This document shows positions 37,209-45,850 of a DNA stretch of 64,000 nt, in pieces; the stretch's first letter is position 1; each line of letters begins with the position of its first letter. A program made the position numbers and the translations under genes. The notes below the pieces were generated by a model. It was not told the origin of the DNA. It saw nothing but the letters and a program-made list of their open reading frames with translations, and made no database searches. This stretch comes from Candidatus Saccharimonadales bacterium. Its GTDB lineage: Bacteria > Patescibacteriota > Saccharimonadia > Saccharimonadales > JAXHNE01. The stretch covers positions 56,798 to 120,797 of the forward strand of contig JBFIJL010000001.1 in assembly GCA_041600755.1 (NCBI GenBank), read 5' to 3'.

Positions 37209-38729
37209 ATGATGAACACCAACGAAAAAATAGGCAATCTTATTTACCAACTACGACAAGAGCGCGGTTTAACTCAAGCAGAGTTTGCGCGCAAGATGGG
37301 CACCAGCCAAAGTGCCATAAACCGCATCGAAAAAGGTAGACAAAATCTCAGCCTAGAAACACTTGGACGAATAAGTGACGTATTACAGAAACCAATAATC
37401 ACTATTTCAGGCCAGTCAATAAACTTTCGGGTTGAAGGTGGACACGAGCTTTCAGGCACCATAGAAACAAAAAGCGCAAAGAATAGCGCAGTTGCTTTGC
37501 TGTGCGCAAGCTTACTAAACAAAGGGACGACAAAGCTTATTAACGTTCCTCGCATTGAGGAAGTAAATCGTATAGTTGAAGTGCTTCAGAGTATTGGAGT
37601 GAGCATAAAATGGTTCAACGGAAACTCTCTCGAGATTAAGCCGCCAGAAACACTGGACCTTAGCAACATTGACGCACAGTCGGCACGACGCACCAGAAGC
37701 GTAATCATGCTTGCAGGACCCCTGCTGCACGAATTCAAAGAATTCAAAATACCATATGCCGGTGGATGCAAGCTCGGCAAACGATCTGTTCAGGCCCACC
37801 TATACGCTCTTGAGGACTTTGGGGTTGAAACAGACGTTGTAGTTGGTCACTACAAAATGACTGTCAAAGACCCCTCGGCTGCCGATGTCGTTCTATACGA
37901 AATGGGTGAAACACCGACTGAGAACATCTTGATGGCTGCGGCTCGCGCAACCGGCACATCAACTATCAAAATGGCGTCGTCAAACTATAACATTCAAGAC
38001 CTTTGTTATTTCCTTAAGAAATTAGGCGTGAAGATTCAGGGCATTGGCACATCAAATCTTACTATTACTGGTGTTCCAGAAATCAGAAAGAATATTTCAT
38101 ACCATGTATGTGAGGACCCGCTCGATTCAATGTTCTTCATATCTGCGGCAGTTGCAACTAATTCGCAAATTACCATTACCAACACACCAACAGATTTTCT
38201 TGAAGTTGAGCTTATGAAGCTCGATAAAATGGGACTTGAAATCAAACGAGAGAACACTCACACCAGCCCCAATGGCTGGACCCACCTTGAGGACATAACA
38301 ATCCACAAGCACGATGGAAAATTAAAAGCTCCTGTAGAAAAATTACATCCTTTGCCTTTCCCAGGATTACTCCCAGACAACTTGCCGTTCTTTGTGCCAA
38401 TAGCAGCTGTAGCCAAAGGCCAGACATTGCTGCACGATTGGATGTACGAAAACCGAGCCATATACTTTACTGAACTCAGTCGACTTGGGGCAAACGTGGA
38501 GCTAATCGATGCACACCGAGTTTACGTCAAAGGCGCCACCAAGTTCTCACCGGCCGACATTACATGCCCACCCGCACTTCGTCCTGCTGCAATCCTACTC
38601 ATCGGCATGCTTGCAGCCGACGGTACAAGCAAGCTACGTAATATCTACTCTATTGCGCGCGGTTATGAAAACATAGCTGAACGCCTCAATAGCATCGGTG
38701 CAAAAGTCGAAGTTCTCAACGAACTTTAA
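37209..38729 (+). CDS. murA: UDP-N-acetylglucosamine 1-carboxyvinyltransferase fused to an N-terminal XRE-type HTH domain
   Basis: Residues ~5-70: LIYQLRQERGLTQAEFARKMGTSQSAINRIEKGRQNLSLETL (HTH_XRE). Remainder is EPT-fold MurA (KSAKNSAVALLCASLL...; total 506 aa vs ~420 for MurA alone). Confidence 0.7.
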   Translation: MMNTNEKIGNLIYQLRQERGLTQAEFARKMGTSQSAINRIEKGRQNLSLETLGRISDVLQKPIITISGQSINFRVEGGHELSGTIETKSAKNSAVALLCASLLNKGTTKLINVPRIEEVNRIVEVLQSIGVSIKWFNGNSLEIKPPETLDLSNIDAQSARRTRSVIMLAGPLLHEFKEFKIPYAGGCKLGKRSVQAHLYALEDFGVETDVVVGHYKMTVKDPSAADVVLYEMGETPTENILMAAARATGTSTIKMASSNYNIQDLCYFLKKLGVKIQGIGTSNLTITGVPEIRKNISYHVCEDPLDSMFFISAAVATNSQITITNTPTDFLEVELMKLDKMGLEIKRENTHTSPNGWTHLEDITIHKHDGKLKAPVEKLHPLPFPGLLPDNLPFFVPIAAVAKGQTLLHDWMYENRAIYFTELSRLGANVELIDAHRVYVKGATKFSPADITCPPALRPAAILLIGMLAADGTSKLRNIYSIARGYENIAERLNSIGAKVEVLNEL

Positions 38730-38772
38730 TCCAAAATATGATATAAATAGATATTTCTGACTTGCTCTAATA

Positions 38773-39048
38773 TCATTTTTTCATATGCTTCACTACGATA
38801 TAGGTTCCTAACCATGAACCTGCTGCAAGTGGAATTATATACAGATAGTTTTTTACGTAGCTAATTACACCCAGTGCAAGCAAAAAATGCATTGCAGCAC
38901 CCGTAGTGGCCGACTTAAAGGCATCCCGGTTGACTACAGCTATCGTATAGTACGCGTACAGTCCATCCACTAAAGTGTATGCAACAAATACTCCAATTAC
39001 TAAAAGTAAATTATAGCCATCCATTAAAGTTATCATATCAAAAAACAA
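38773..39048 (-). CDS. Small membrane protein (91 aa)
   Basis: Three hydrophobic helices; basic C-terminus. Confidence 0.4.
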   Translation of the reverse strand: MFFDMITLMDGYNLLLVIGVFVAYTLVDGLYAYYTIAVVNRDAFKSATTGAAMHFLLALGVISYVKNYLYIIPLAAGSWLGTYIVVKHMKK

Positions 39049-39079
39049 AAACTTCTCCGATGAGAAGTTTTATGTAATT

Positions 39080-39157
39080 TGGGGCGAATGAGGGGAATCG
39101 AACCCCCGACCTTCTGAACCACAACCAGACGCTCTAACCAACTGAGCTACATCCGCC
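39080..39157 (-). tRNA. tRNA-His (anticodon GTG) with genomically encoded G-1
   Basis: Revcomp G-GCGGATGTAGCTCAGTTGGTTAGAGCGTCTGGTTGTGGTTCAGAAGGTCGGGGGTTCGATTCCCCTCATTCGCCCCA; extra 5' G pairs with discriminator C73; anticodon loop TTGTGGT. Confidence 0.85.
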
Positions 39158-39229
39158 AAGATATACGCGCTGAACTCCGCAATTATAGCCTTTTACCCCA
39201 ATAAAATCAATTATACATATACAAAATTA

Positions 39230-39307
39230 TGGTACCCCGGGAGGGACTCGAACCCCCGACCTAATGGTTAGAACCCACTTGCTCTAATCCAGCTGAGCTA
39301 CCGGGGC
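39230..39307 (-). tRNA. tRNA-Arg (anticodon TCT)
   Basis: Revcomp GCCCCGGTAGCTCAGCTGGATTAGAGCAAGTGGGTTCTAACCATTAGGTCGGGGGTTCGAGTCCCTCCCGGGGTACCA; anticodon loop GTTCTAA. Confidence 0.8.
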
Positions 39308-39314
39308 GTACCTT

Positions 39315-39632
39315 TTAATGTGAAATTTGACGCAAGTGATGCGCAATTACATCTGCTGCAGGTATATAGTCTTTCGACCATTGCTGTGCTATAGAATCAT
39401 CATCCTTGACGATCATCGCTACTGGGAGCGTCTCTGGCATTATGTCATAGAAGTCACGAACCTTTTCACCGTCTGGCGTACGCACATTAAGCACGACTAC
39501 CTGGTGTGGACAATGTTGAGCTATCTCGGATTTGAGCCGCTCAAACTTTCGTGTTTCCATCATCGAGGCATTGCTCAAAACATAAAGTGCAGCGCCTTCA
39601 TTGTCTGAAATGCTAGTGAAATCTAAACCCAT
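39315..39632 (-). CDS. Hypothetical protein (105 aa)
   Basis: No recognised motif; good-length ORF between tRNA genes. Confidence 0.35.
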   Translation of the reverse strand: MGLDFTSISDNEGAALYVLSNASMMETRKFERLKSEIAQHCPHQVVVLNVRTPDGEKVRDFYDIMPETLPVAMIVKDDDSIAQQWSKDYIPAADVIAHHLRQISH

Positions 39633-39653
39633 TAATGCTCCGATTTTATACCT

Positions 39654-39672
39654 TGGTGCGGGTGGAGAGAAT
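39654..39672 (-). repeat. Partial direct copy (19 nt) of the tRNA-Gly 3' end, 55 bp downstream of the gene
   Basis: tggtgcgggtggagagaat is identical to 39728-39746; boundary again in the T-loop; followed by ggtattctc (related to gtatattctgc in the Arg/Glu segments). Confidence 0.75.
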
Positions 39673-39727
39673 ACTTTGGTATTCTCATTCCCTTACAGAA
39701 AATATTCAAGTGAACTTGACTGCTTTC

Positions 39728-39802
39728 TGGTGCGGGTGGAGAGAATCGAACTCTCGTTTCCAGCTTGGAAGGCTAGCATATTAACCACTATAAGACACCC
39801 GC
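39728..39802 (-). tRNA. tRNA-Gly (anticodon TCC)
   Basis: Revcomp GCGGGTGTCTTATAGTGGTTAATATGCTAGCCTTCCAAGCTGGAAACGAGAGTTCGATTCTCTCCACCCGCACCA; anticodon loop CTTCCAA. Confidence 0.75.
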
Positions 39803-39854
39803 GTACTGTATTAACTCGCGTATTATATCAATTTTACCTGCTATCTGGAAGAGT

Positions 39855-40412
39855 CTAAGTGATTATTCGCTCGAGAAGATCGCCAAGTACATATGAGAGC
39901 ACTGCAGCTATCACTCCAAGAATCACAGTTTCGGCTATCGCTTTTGGAACGCTAGACTTCGCAACTTTACTTTTCAGTAATCCAATACCTACGAATGCAA
40001 GTGTAGTTAGCCCACATGCTATTGCGAATAAATTATCGACCCCTGTGTCAAAAATAGTCGCATAGGTGTATGCCATCAGAGGCACAAGTCCAACAACTAT
40101 AAATGAAATATAAGTCGTAACCCCATTGATCACCGGAGAAGGTTCATCGCTTGTTGACTGCCCTTTCTTCGCCATTAGCTCATGTTCTGATTTCGTAGAC
40201 AAATATGAGCCAACCCCCATCGAGAAACCATCAGCGATCAAGTTAGCAAATCCTAGGACTAATAAGATTTTAATATCGAATCGAGCACCCGTAGCGCCGG
40301 CTACCACAGCAAAAGTAGTAACAGCACCATCAATGCCCCCATAGACAAACTCACTTAAATAATCTTCAAAATGTTGCCTAATGCCCGCAACTAGGCCAGT
40401 TTTCTTTTTCAT
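39855..40412 (-). CDS. VIT1/CCC1-family (DUF125) membrane transporter-like protein
   Basis: YGGIDGAVTTFAVVAGATGA N-terminal signature plus 4-5 TM helices. Confidence 0.6.
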   Translation of the reverse strand: MKKKTGLVAGIRQHFEDYLSEFVYGGIDGAVTTFAVVAGATGARFDIKILLVLGFANLIADGFSMGVGSYLSTKSEHELMAKKGQSTSDEPSPVINGVTTYISFIVVGLVPLMAYTYATIFDTGVDNLFAIACGLTTLAFVGIGLLKSKVAKSSVPKAIAETVILGVIAAVLSYVLGDLLERIIT

Positions 40413-40429
40413 ATACGTTTATTGTACCA

Positions 40430-41080
40430 TCAGATGATAATTTGCAGCATACCCAATAAAGCAACAACTGTCAGAGGCACGAAAAGATTGTCCGAACCCC
40501 AAGGTGCAATGTTCTCGATATACGCCGAGACAAACGGAATAATGAATAACGCGGGTAGTGATATAGGTGTAAAGCCGACCTCGCCTCGAACAAACAGCCA
40601 AACTAGAATGTTGAATGACATCACAATAAAGGTGGCAGTACCAATGACCGACTTCTTATTCCATAACACTTTGTAAGTATTTTTGCTTCCGTAGCGCGTG
40701 CCGATAACCGCCGCAAGACCATCGGCTAAAGCTATGTGCAAAACTGCAGCCGTAAATACGAGCTTACTTGGCTGCAGGGTAGCCAGGAGTCCAATCGTCG
40801 CGGGCGCCACTAGATCTCCCCAGCTTTTGCGCCTAACCGAATAAACGCTATGAAAAATACCAGAAAAGCGCATAAATATAATGAAAACTACCGCCAAGAA
40901 GGCCACAAACTGAATCTGTCGCCAGGTCATGAAAAATGGCCAAAACGCCCCAAAACTTCCGATTAGAATGTGCATGAACTTACGAGAGCCTTCACCTTTG
41001 AGTATCTTTTTCTTCCACAGGTACTCATTCAGTAGAAGTGTCGCAAATACAAACGTGAGCGTGCTGAATACGACAATCAT
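40430..41080 (-). CDS. Integral membrane protein of the CTP-dependent polyprenol/dolichol kinase-like (DUF92/CdsA-like) superfamily
   Basis: Multi-TM; ...RKFMHILIGSFGAFW... and ...VLHIALADGLAAVIGTRYGS... resemble the cytidylyltransferase-like family. Confidence 0.4.
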   Translation of the reverse strand: MIVVFSTLTFVFATLLLNEYLWKKKILKGEGSRKFMHILIGSFGAFWPFFMTWRQIQFVAFLAVVFIIFMRFSGIFHSVYSVRRKSWGDLVAPATIGLLATLQPSKLVFTAAVLHIALADGLAAVIGTRYGSKNTYKVLWNKKSVIGTATFIVMSFNILVWLFVRGEVGFTPISLPALFIIPFVSAYIENIAPWGSDNLFVPLTVVALLGMLQIII

Positions 41081-41436
41081 GGCTACAGTATAGCAACCAT
41101 GGCAAATTGTTGCATTTCTTTAGATTGGAAATATTTCACAATCATGCCATTGCGTCGATGCTTCTGCCAATAGGCGATGGGCTTTGTGAATAAATTGCAC
41201 CAGATGTATTTACATTGCTCGACGATGGACTTGCTTATGTCAAAGATGGCGACGAAGTTTTTCAAAAACCAGGTGGCTCCGCCAGCATGGCCCCGATTCC
41301 GCCCAACCTACTAGATGCGGTAATTGAGTCCGCAGACGAATACCCTGGCGAGTGTATTTTTATAGAGTCTGGGTAGATTTAGGGTTAAACCATGAAGCCG
41401 TAAACACATTCCTCAGTCTGTGAGATAATTATCTGG

Positions 41437-41985
41437 ATGAACAAATACCAACTCTCCAACAAAGAACTTCCTGCAAGCTTTCGTATTGATAGAGCCAGGG
41501 AGAGTGACTTCTCAGAATTCATGCAAGTATATGAAAAGTCTTTTAGAGATGCATACGAAACTAAAGAAGTTCCAATTAGCCAACTTCATCATAGTCACTT
41601 TATTAAATCTAACATCTCCGAACAGATTCACAATGCATTTTTTGGAGTCAATTCAATTAGTGATTTTGCATATGTCAATGATCGTGTAATCGGTGGTATT
41701 TCTACAACCTGGATTCCTAAAATGCAGGCTGTGGAGCTGCACGGGCTATACATTGACCCTGCCTATCAAAAGCTTGGAGTCGGGACGCAGTTACTGATTC
41801 GTCAATTGAGAATTAATAGCTCCAGACGAATATATCTTGATGTTGCAAAATCATTTAAATTCCAGCAGATCATGTACGAAAACTATGGATTTAAAAAACA
41901 AATCATTGGGGGAAATAAATCATTTTCATGGCCTTCTTGGTCGAGCGAATACAAAATAAAGACTATTAGGATGTGGAAGAAATGA
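41437..41985 (+). CDS. GNAT family N-acetyltransferase
   Basis: Motif A ...LYIDPAYQKLGVGTQLL... Confidence 0.65.
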   Translation: MNKYQLSNKELPASFRIDRARESDFSEFMQVYEKSFRDAYETKEVPISQLHHSHFIKSNISEQIHNAFFGVNSISDFAYVNDRVIGGISTTWIPKMQAVELHGLYIDPAYQKLGVGTQLLIRQLRINSSRRIYLDVAKSFKFQQIMYENYGFKKQIIGGNKSFSWPSWSSEYKIKTIRMWKK

Positions 41986-42737
41986 CCAAGTGGAATTCAG
42001 TTTTTGAAATAAGTGCAGGTCTTGAAGGTCTTGAAAGAATGCCTAATAAACTTGTGGAATCGTCGAGTACGATAAAACTTCCTATAATGCTACTGGTTCT
42101 TGAAAAGATTGATTCAGGAAAGCTGCATTATTGGTCGCGATTCAAAATTTATCAACGACATTTTTCAAGTGGATCAGGCATCTTAAACTGGATGAACAAA
42201 AAATCAATCTCTGTCTTTGAGGCTCTACGCTTAATTGCAAAATATAGTGATTGTGTAGCAACAAACGTCTTAATAGATTACCTGGGTGGAGCAAAACAAA
42301 TTAATAAACAAATGGCTGATCGAGGCTATAAAACAAGATTACATATGGACGTTCTCGATTTCGAAGAAGATGATGAATCGATGCCTCATATTGGCACCAC
42401 TAGTGCGCACGAAATGATGGAATTAATGCAAGATGTATTCGAGCGCACTAAACGCAGAGACAAGCTGGCGGTTCGTTTAATATTCAGAAATATAGACACG
42501 TCTTGGTTTGAACTCGGACTAGGAAAAGATATACCCTCCCTGTACCACAAGACTGGTTCAATGATCGCTGTAGGCCCAACAAAAGATACAGTATTTAACG
42601 TTGTAGGTGTAGTAGACGGTTCTCCAAGAGTTTATTTTGCCTATCTTAGCAGGGGTCATCTAACAGAAACTACAACTGCAAACGAGCAAAAATCGGAACT
42701 TGCGAACGAACTATGGAGCTTGATCGAGCGCTTGTGA
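41973..42737 (+). CDS. Class A beta-lactamase-like serine hydrolase
   Basis: S-x-x-K (SSTIKLPIML) and KTG (YHKTGS) motifs in the correct order/spacing; lacks an obvious signal peptide. Confidence 0.55.
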   Translation: MEEMTKWNSVFEISAGLEGLERMPNKLVESSSTIKLPIMLLVLEKIDSGKLHYWSRFKIYQRHFSSGSGILNWMNKKSISVFEALRLIAKYSDCVATNVLIDYLGGAKQINKQMADRGYKTRLHMDVLDFEEDDESMPHIGTTSAHEMMELMQDVFERTKRRDKLAVRLIFRNIDTSWFELGLGKDIPSLYHKTGSMIAVGPTKDTVFNVVGVVDGSPRVYFAYLSRGHLTETTTANEQKSELANELWSLIERL

Positions 42738-42786
42738 TTTTAGTTTTGCCGTAATCATGTAAAAGTCGCTAACCATCACTCATTAA

Positions 42787-42803
42787 TTGGTCGGGGTGAG
42801 AGG
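42787..42803 (-). repeat. Partial direct copy (17 nt) of the tRNA-Pro 3' end (outer copy)
   Basis: ttggtcggggtgagagg is identical to 47667-47683 (the same sequence at the tRNA-Pro 3' end). Confidence 0.7.
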
Positions 42804-42950
42804 GATCGCTAGAGTACTCACACTTCAGCTTCCCTGCGCTCGAGGCCAAGCAAGGAAAACTCAATATGCCACAGGCATATTTCGCCTGTCGGTTCGAGTC
42901 CCTAAACTCAAAGCAAATAAAAATACACAGACATATGCCTGTGTATTTTT
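42804..42950 (-). repeat. Ancestral tRNA-Pro downstream segment, now displaced; its internal ~50 nt are homologous to tmRNA downstream segment 70-184
   Basis: ctcgaggccaagcaaggaaaactcaatatgccacaggcatatttcgcc matches ctcgcaggacaagcaaggaaaactcaaatagccgctggctattttcgcc at 112-160. Palindromic terminator acacagacatatgcctgtgt + T-run abuts the 10-nt tRNA-end copy at 42951-42960. Confidence 0.5.
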
Positions 42951-43252
42951 ATTGGTCGGGTCAGAACGACACTCAGCGAACCTACCTACAAGCCAGCCTT
43001 TATGGGATTTTGCGAAACCATCAACAATTTAGGGATAAGGTCGAGAAGCTACAACGCATTGTCGATAACGCCGTAAAGCCAGAGGGCTTGGAGCTTATCA
43101 AGTTCGTGTAGCGTATAATGTAGATAATATGAGCGACGCCGACGAAACCAAAGAAAACGCAATGCTTCAAGAAAGTGAAGTTGTAGAGTTGCCACCGCAA
43201 CAATCAGCGACCGATACGAGCAACTGGGACAATAAAGTCTTTACTGACCCAA

Positions 43253-44530
43253 GTGGTGAAAAGTATATCCGAACTCTACCTAACGAAGATAGCGAATAGT
43301 CATAACGGGTACAATTTTATGCCAACTATTGACCAGCAGATTGCACAAGAAGAAGCACGAATAAAAAGTACTCTTGGAAACTTCTCTTCAATTATTACCA
43401 ACGCCCAAAAATCTACTAAAGAGAGCCATAATTACAAAATCCTTACAATTCAATTTGATGAGTGTAGGCTTGTTGCCTACGTTCTTGAACACTTGCTGAA
43501 TTGCAAAACAGCTTGGCTTCCTATAGAGAAAGTTCATTGGTGGTCTAGCTTCTCGTACGACGGAGTATACTGTTCAATTGCTCATCAAAAGTTCGGATTT
43601 AATTTGTATATCTCTGGTGGACTAAATAAAAACGATGCTGACAAGTTAGCTAAAAAGTTAATAGCTGAGTTAGAGACAATCGTTGCAACGCTAAGCAAAG
43701 TTACGACGCTCTATGCGAAAAAAGCCGTGAAGGTTGGTAATATCATCCTTCACAATAAGATGCAAAGCCTTGAGGATAGGTACGTATATTATCGTGATGC
43801 TAGCTTTGTTGAGCTTGATACCAAAGCAGAACTTGACAGTATAATGGGCGAAAATGATGGAGAAGTCGTTGAGTTGGGTGTACACGACGAAAAAGACGAC
43901 AAGGACTTAGACAAGAAAGTAGTCGAGACTATGGAGCGTCTTGCTGTATATAGGCGAAAATCGAGTGTTCATCTCTATAATCAGGAGGTTGCAATCATAT
44001 ACTTCTTGAGCTTGGTTGAGCACATATGCCTACTTCTTTATGCGTTTAATCACGATGGAGGCAGTGTAGTTGATTTAGCGATGAAGGGTTGGGGCGAAAA
44101 GTTTGAAAAGGTTATTGGTACTGCGGATAAAGATATTGAAGAGGGGTATCTGTATCTAAGGAAAGTCGCCCTATATAAACGAAACCCTATCACTCACGGC
44201 TTCTTAACTCCTAAGATGACCGAAGCGAGCTTCTACTTTAAGCCAGCACGGCAACGGACGCCAATAAACTTATTTGATGGAGAGCTTTTGGGTGAATATG
44301 GCTACGAGGTAGATTTAGCAAAACTTGACAAGCTACTGGCAGATATAAGGAAAAGTCCGAAGTTTCACAACGCTATGCGCTATATAGGAAATAGTGAGTT
44401 TGATATTAGCTATGATACTGGCAGTATGGCAGAGTTTGAATTAGTGAATAAGATGACCGAAGGCGATTTAGTGGAATACCTCGATGCAGTATCGTGGAGA
44501 TATAATAACGCCGCTAATATGGACTGGTAA
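43253..44530 (+). CDS. Hypothetical island cargo protein (425 aa)
   Basis: Long clean ORF, AT-rich, no recognisable catalytic motif; preceded by ~290 bp non-coding. Confidence 0.5.
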   Translation: MVKSISELYLTKIANSHNGYNFMPTIDQQIAQEEARIKSTLGNFSSIITNAQKSTKESHNYKILTIQFDECRLVAYVLEHLLNCKTAWLPIEKVHWWSSFSYDGVYCSIAHQKFGFNLYISGGLNKNDADKLAKKLIAELETIVATLSKVTTLYAKKAVKVGNIILHNKMQSLEDRYVYYRDASFVELDTKAELDSIMGENDGEVVELGVHDEKDDKDLDKKVVETMERLAVYRRKSSVHLYNQEVAIIYFLSLVEHICLLLYAFNHDGGSVVDLAMKGWGEKFEKVIGTADKDIEEGYLYLRKVALYKRNPITHGFLTPKMTEASFYFKPARQRTPINLFDGELLGEYGYEVDLAKLDKLLADIRKSPKFHNAMRYIGNSEFDISYDTGSMAEFELVNKMTEGDLVEYLDAVSWRYNNAANMDW

Positions 44531-44739
44531 GCCCCCACCCATCGAACACGTCATTTTAGAAAAGCTTGTAAACGCACTTGTAGGCTAAAAATACGTCAGT
44601 GACAAAAAATGGTTTGTTTTGCCGTTTTACCCAACAATTATGAACAGAGGTCGGAGTTAAAAAATCGCCCAACAAACCAGAAGAACAGTAACAGGGGTGG
44701 ACTGTTGGCTACTTACAAAATCTGTTGGGAATAAAAGAT

Positions 44740-45402
44740 TTAGTTCTTGATGAGATGCTTCGTAAATCCGTTTTCCACAAGAACATTAAAGGACTGCCAA
44801 ACACTCTCTGGAATATCCTGTTCAATCTGAAAGCCTAGTGATGGAAAGACTTTAATACGCTGTAAGTCACCAACCATAATGTTTATAAACTGTTCTTTAG
44901 AGCTACTATCGGTTAACATATCGTCATAGCTGAGAGCAGGAGACGTGACGATAACCTCAGTGGAGCTATCTGACCATTGCTTCTTAAATGTTGCATATGC
45001 CCTACGCTCCATATAGGGTTTTGTAACGATAATTAAAGACTTGGGCTGTACGCTTTTACTGTCGAGTAGTTCTTGTGTAAATCGAATATTTTCACCTGTG
45101 TTTGTAGACTTTTCCTCGATAAGGATTTTATCTTCAGACACTCCATTGCCGATAGCAATATCCCTAAATAATTCTGCCTCAGTCGTATTGTTGCTGTGCT
45201 GGGTTATCTTGCCGTAACCACCCGAAAATATAAGCAAATCACTATAACCATCAAGAAAGAGTTGGCTCGCTCGCTCGGCAACCCTGCTTTCTGATGAACC
45301 TAGCCCTAATATTACATCGGCTTTCTCAATCGGCATATTGAGTAGCATATAGTCGAATACGACTTTTGCGTGCTCGTCTACGTTCATTAAATCTCTTTCC
45401 AA
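44740..45402 (-). CDS. DUF218 (YdcF/ElyC-like) domain protein
   Basis: ...VILGLGSSESRVAERASQLFLDGYSDLLIFSGGYG...EKSTNTGENIRFTQELL matches the DUF218 core. Confidence 0.55.
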   Translation of the reverse strand: MERDLMNVDEHAKVVFDYMLLNMPIEKADVILGLGSSESRVAERASQLFLDGYSDLLIFSGGYGKITQHSNNTTEAELFRDIAIGNGVSEDKILIEEKSTNTGENIRFTQELLDSKSVQPKSLIIVTKPYMERRAYATFKKQWSDSSTEVIVTSPALSYDDMLTDSSSKEQFINIMVGDLQRIKVFPSLGFQIEQDIPESVWQSFNVLVENGFTKHLIKN

Positions 45403-45803
45403 AAGCAGGTGTAATCACTGCCCTTAGTAAAGCCCAATTGGTTATATCGACTATCTAAGTCGGCATTTCCTACTGGCGTGTAGACTAGCACTTGAGAGTG
45501 ACCACGACCCCTTAGAACCTCTACGGCTTTATCGTGGAGAGCTTTGGTTACGTCTCCGTTTGCTAGATGTACAGCAAAACGAAATAGCCAAGCAACACGA
45601 CCATCGTCGACAAGAGATACAGTGCCCACAATCTTTTCGTCTTCAACAGCAACAAGGATTGCATCGGTGTCTACTTCAATCTTTTTTCTAAGTCTGTCGC
45701 TAGCGTCACGCGCTTCGTCGAACTGACCACCAAGCGTATCGCTATCTAAGTAGAGAGCTTTGAGTTGCTCGTAATCAGATGGCTCGTAACTCCTTATAAT
45801 CAT
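45387..45803 (-). CDS. GNAT family acetyltransferase
   Basis: 138 aa, ...ILVAVEDEKIVGTVSLV...RGRGHSQVL... acetyl-CoA-binding-like motif; 16-nt overlap with the DUF218 gene. Confidence 0.5.
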   Translation of the reverse strand: MIIRSYEPSDYEQLKALYLDSDTLGGQFDEARDASDRLRKKIEVDTDAILVAVEDEKIVGTVSLVDDGRVAWLFRFAVHLANGDVTKALHDKAVEVLRGRGHSQVLVYTPVGNADLDSRYNQLGFTKGSDYTCFWKEI

Positions 45804-45850
45804 AGTTTTATTATATACCAGAAAACCGTTGAACCTATTTACAAGCTATA

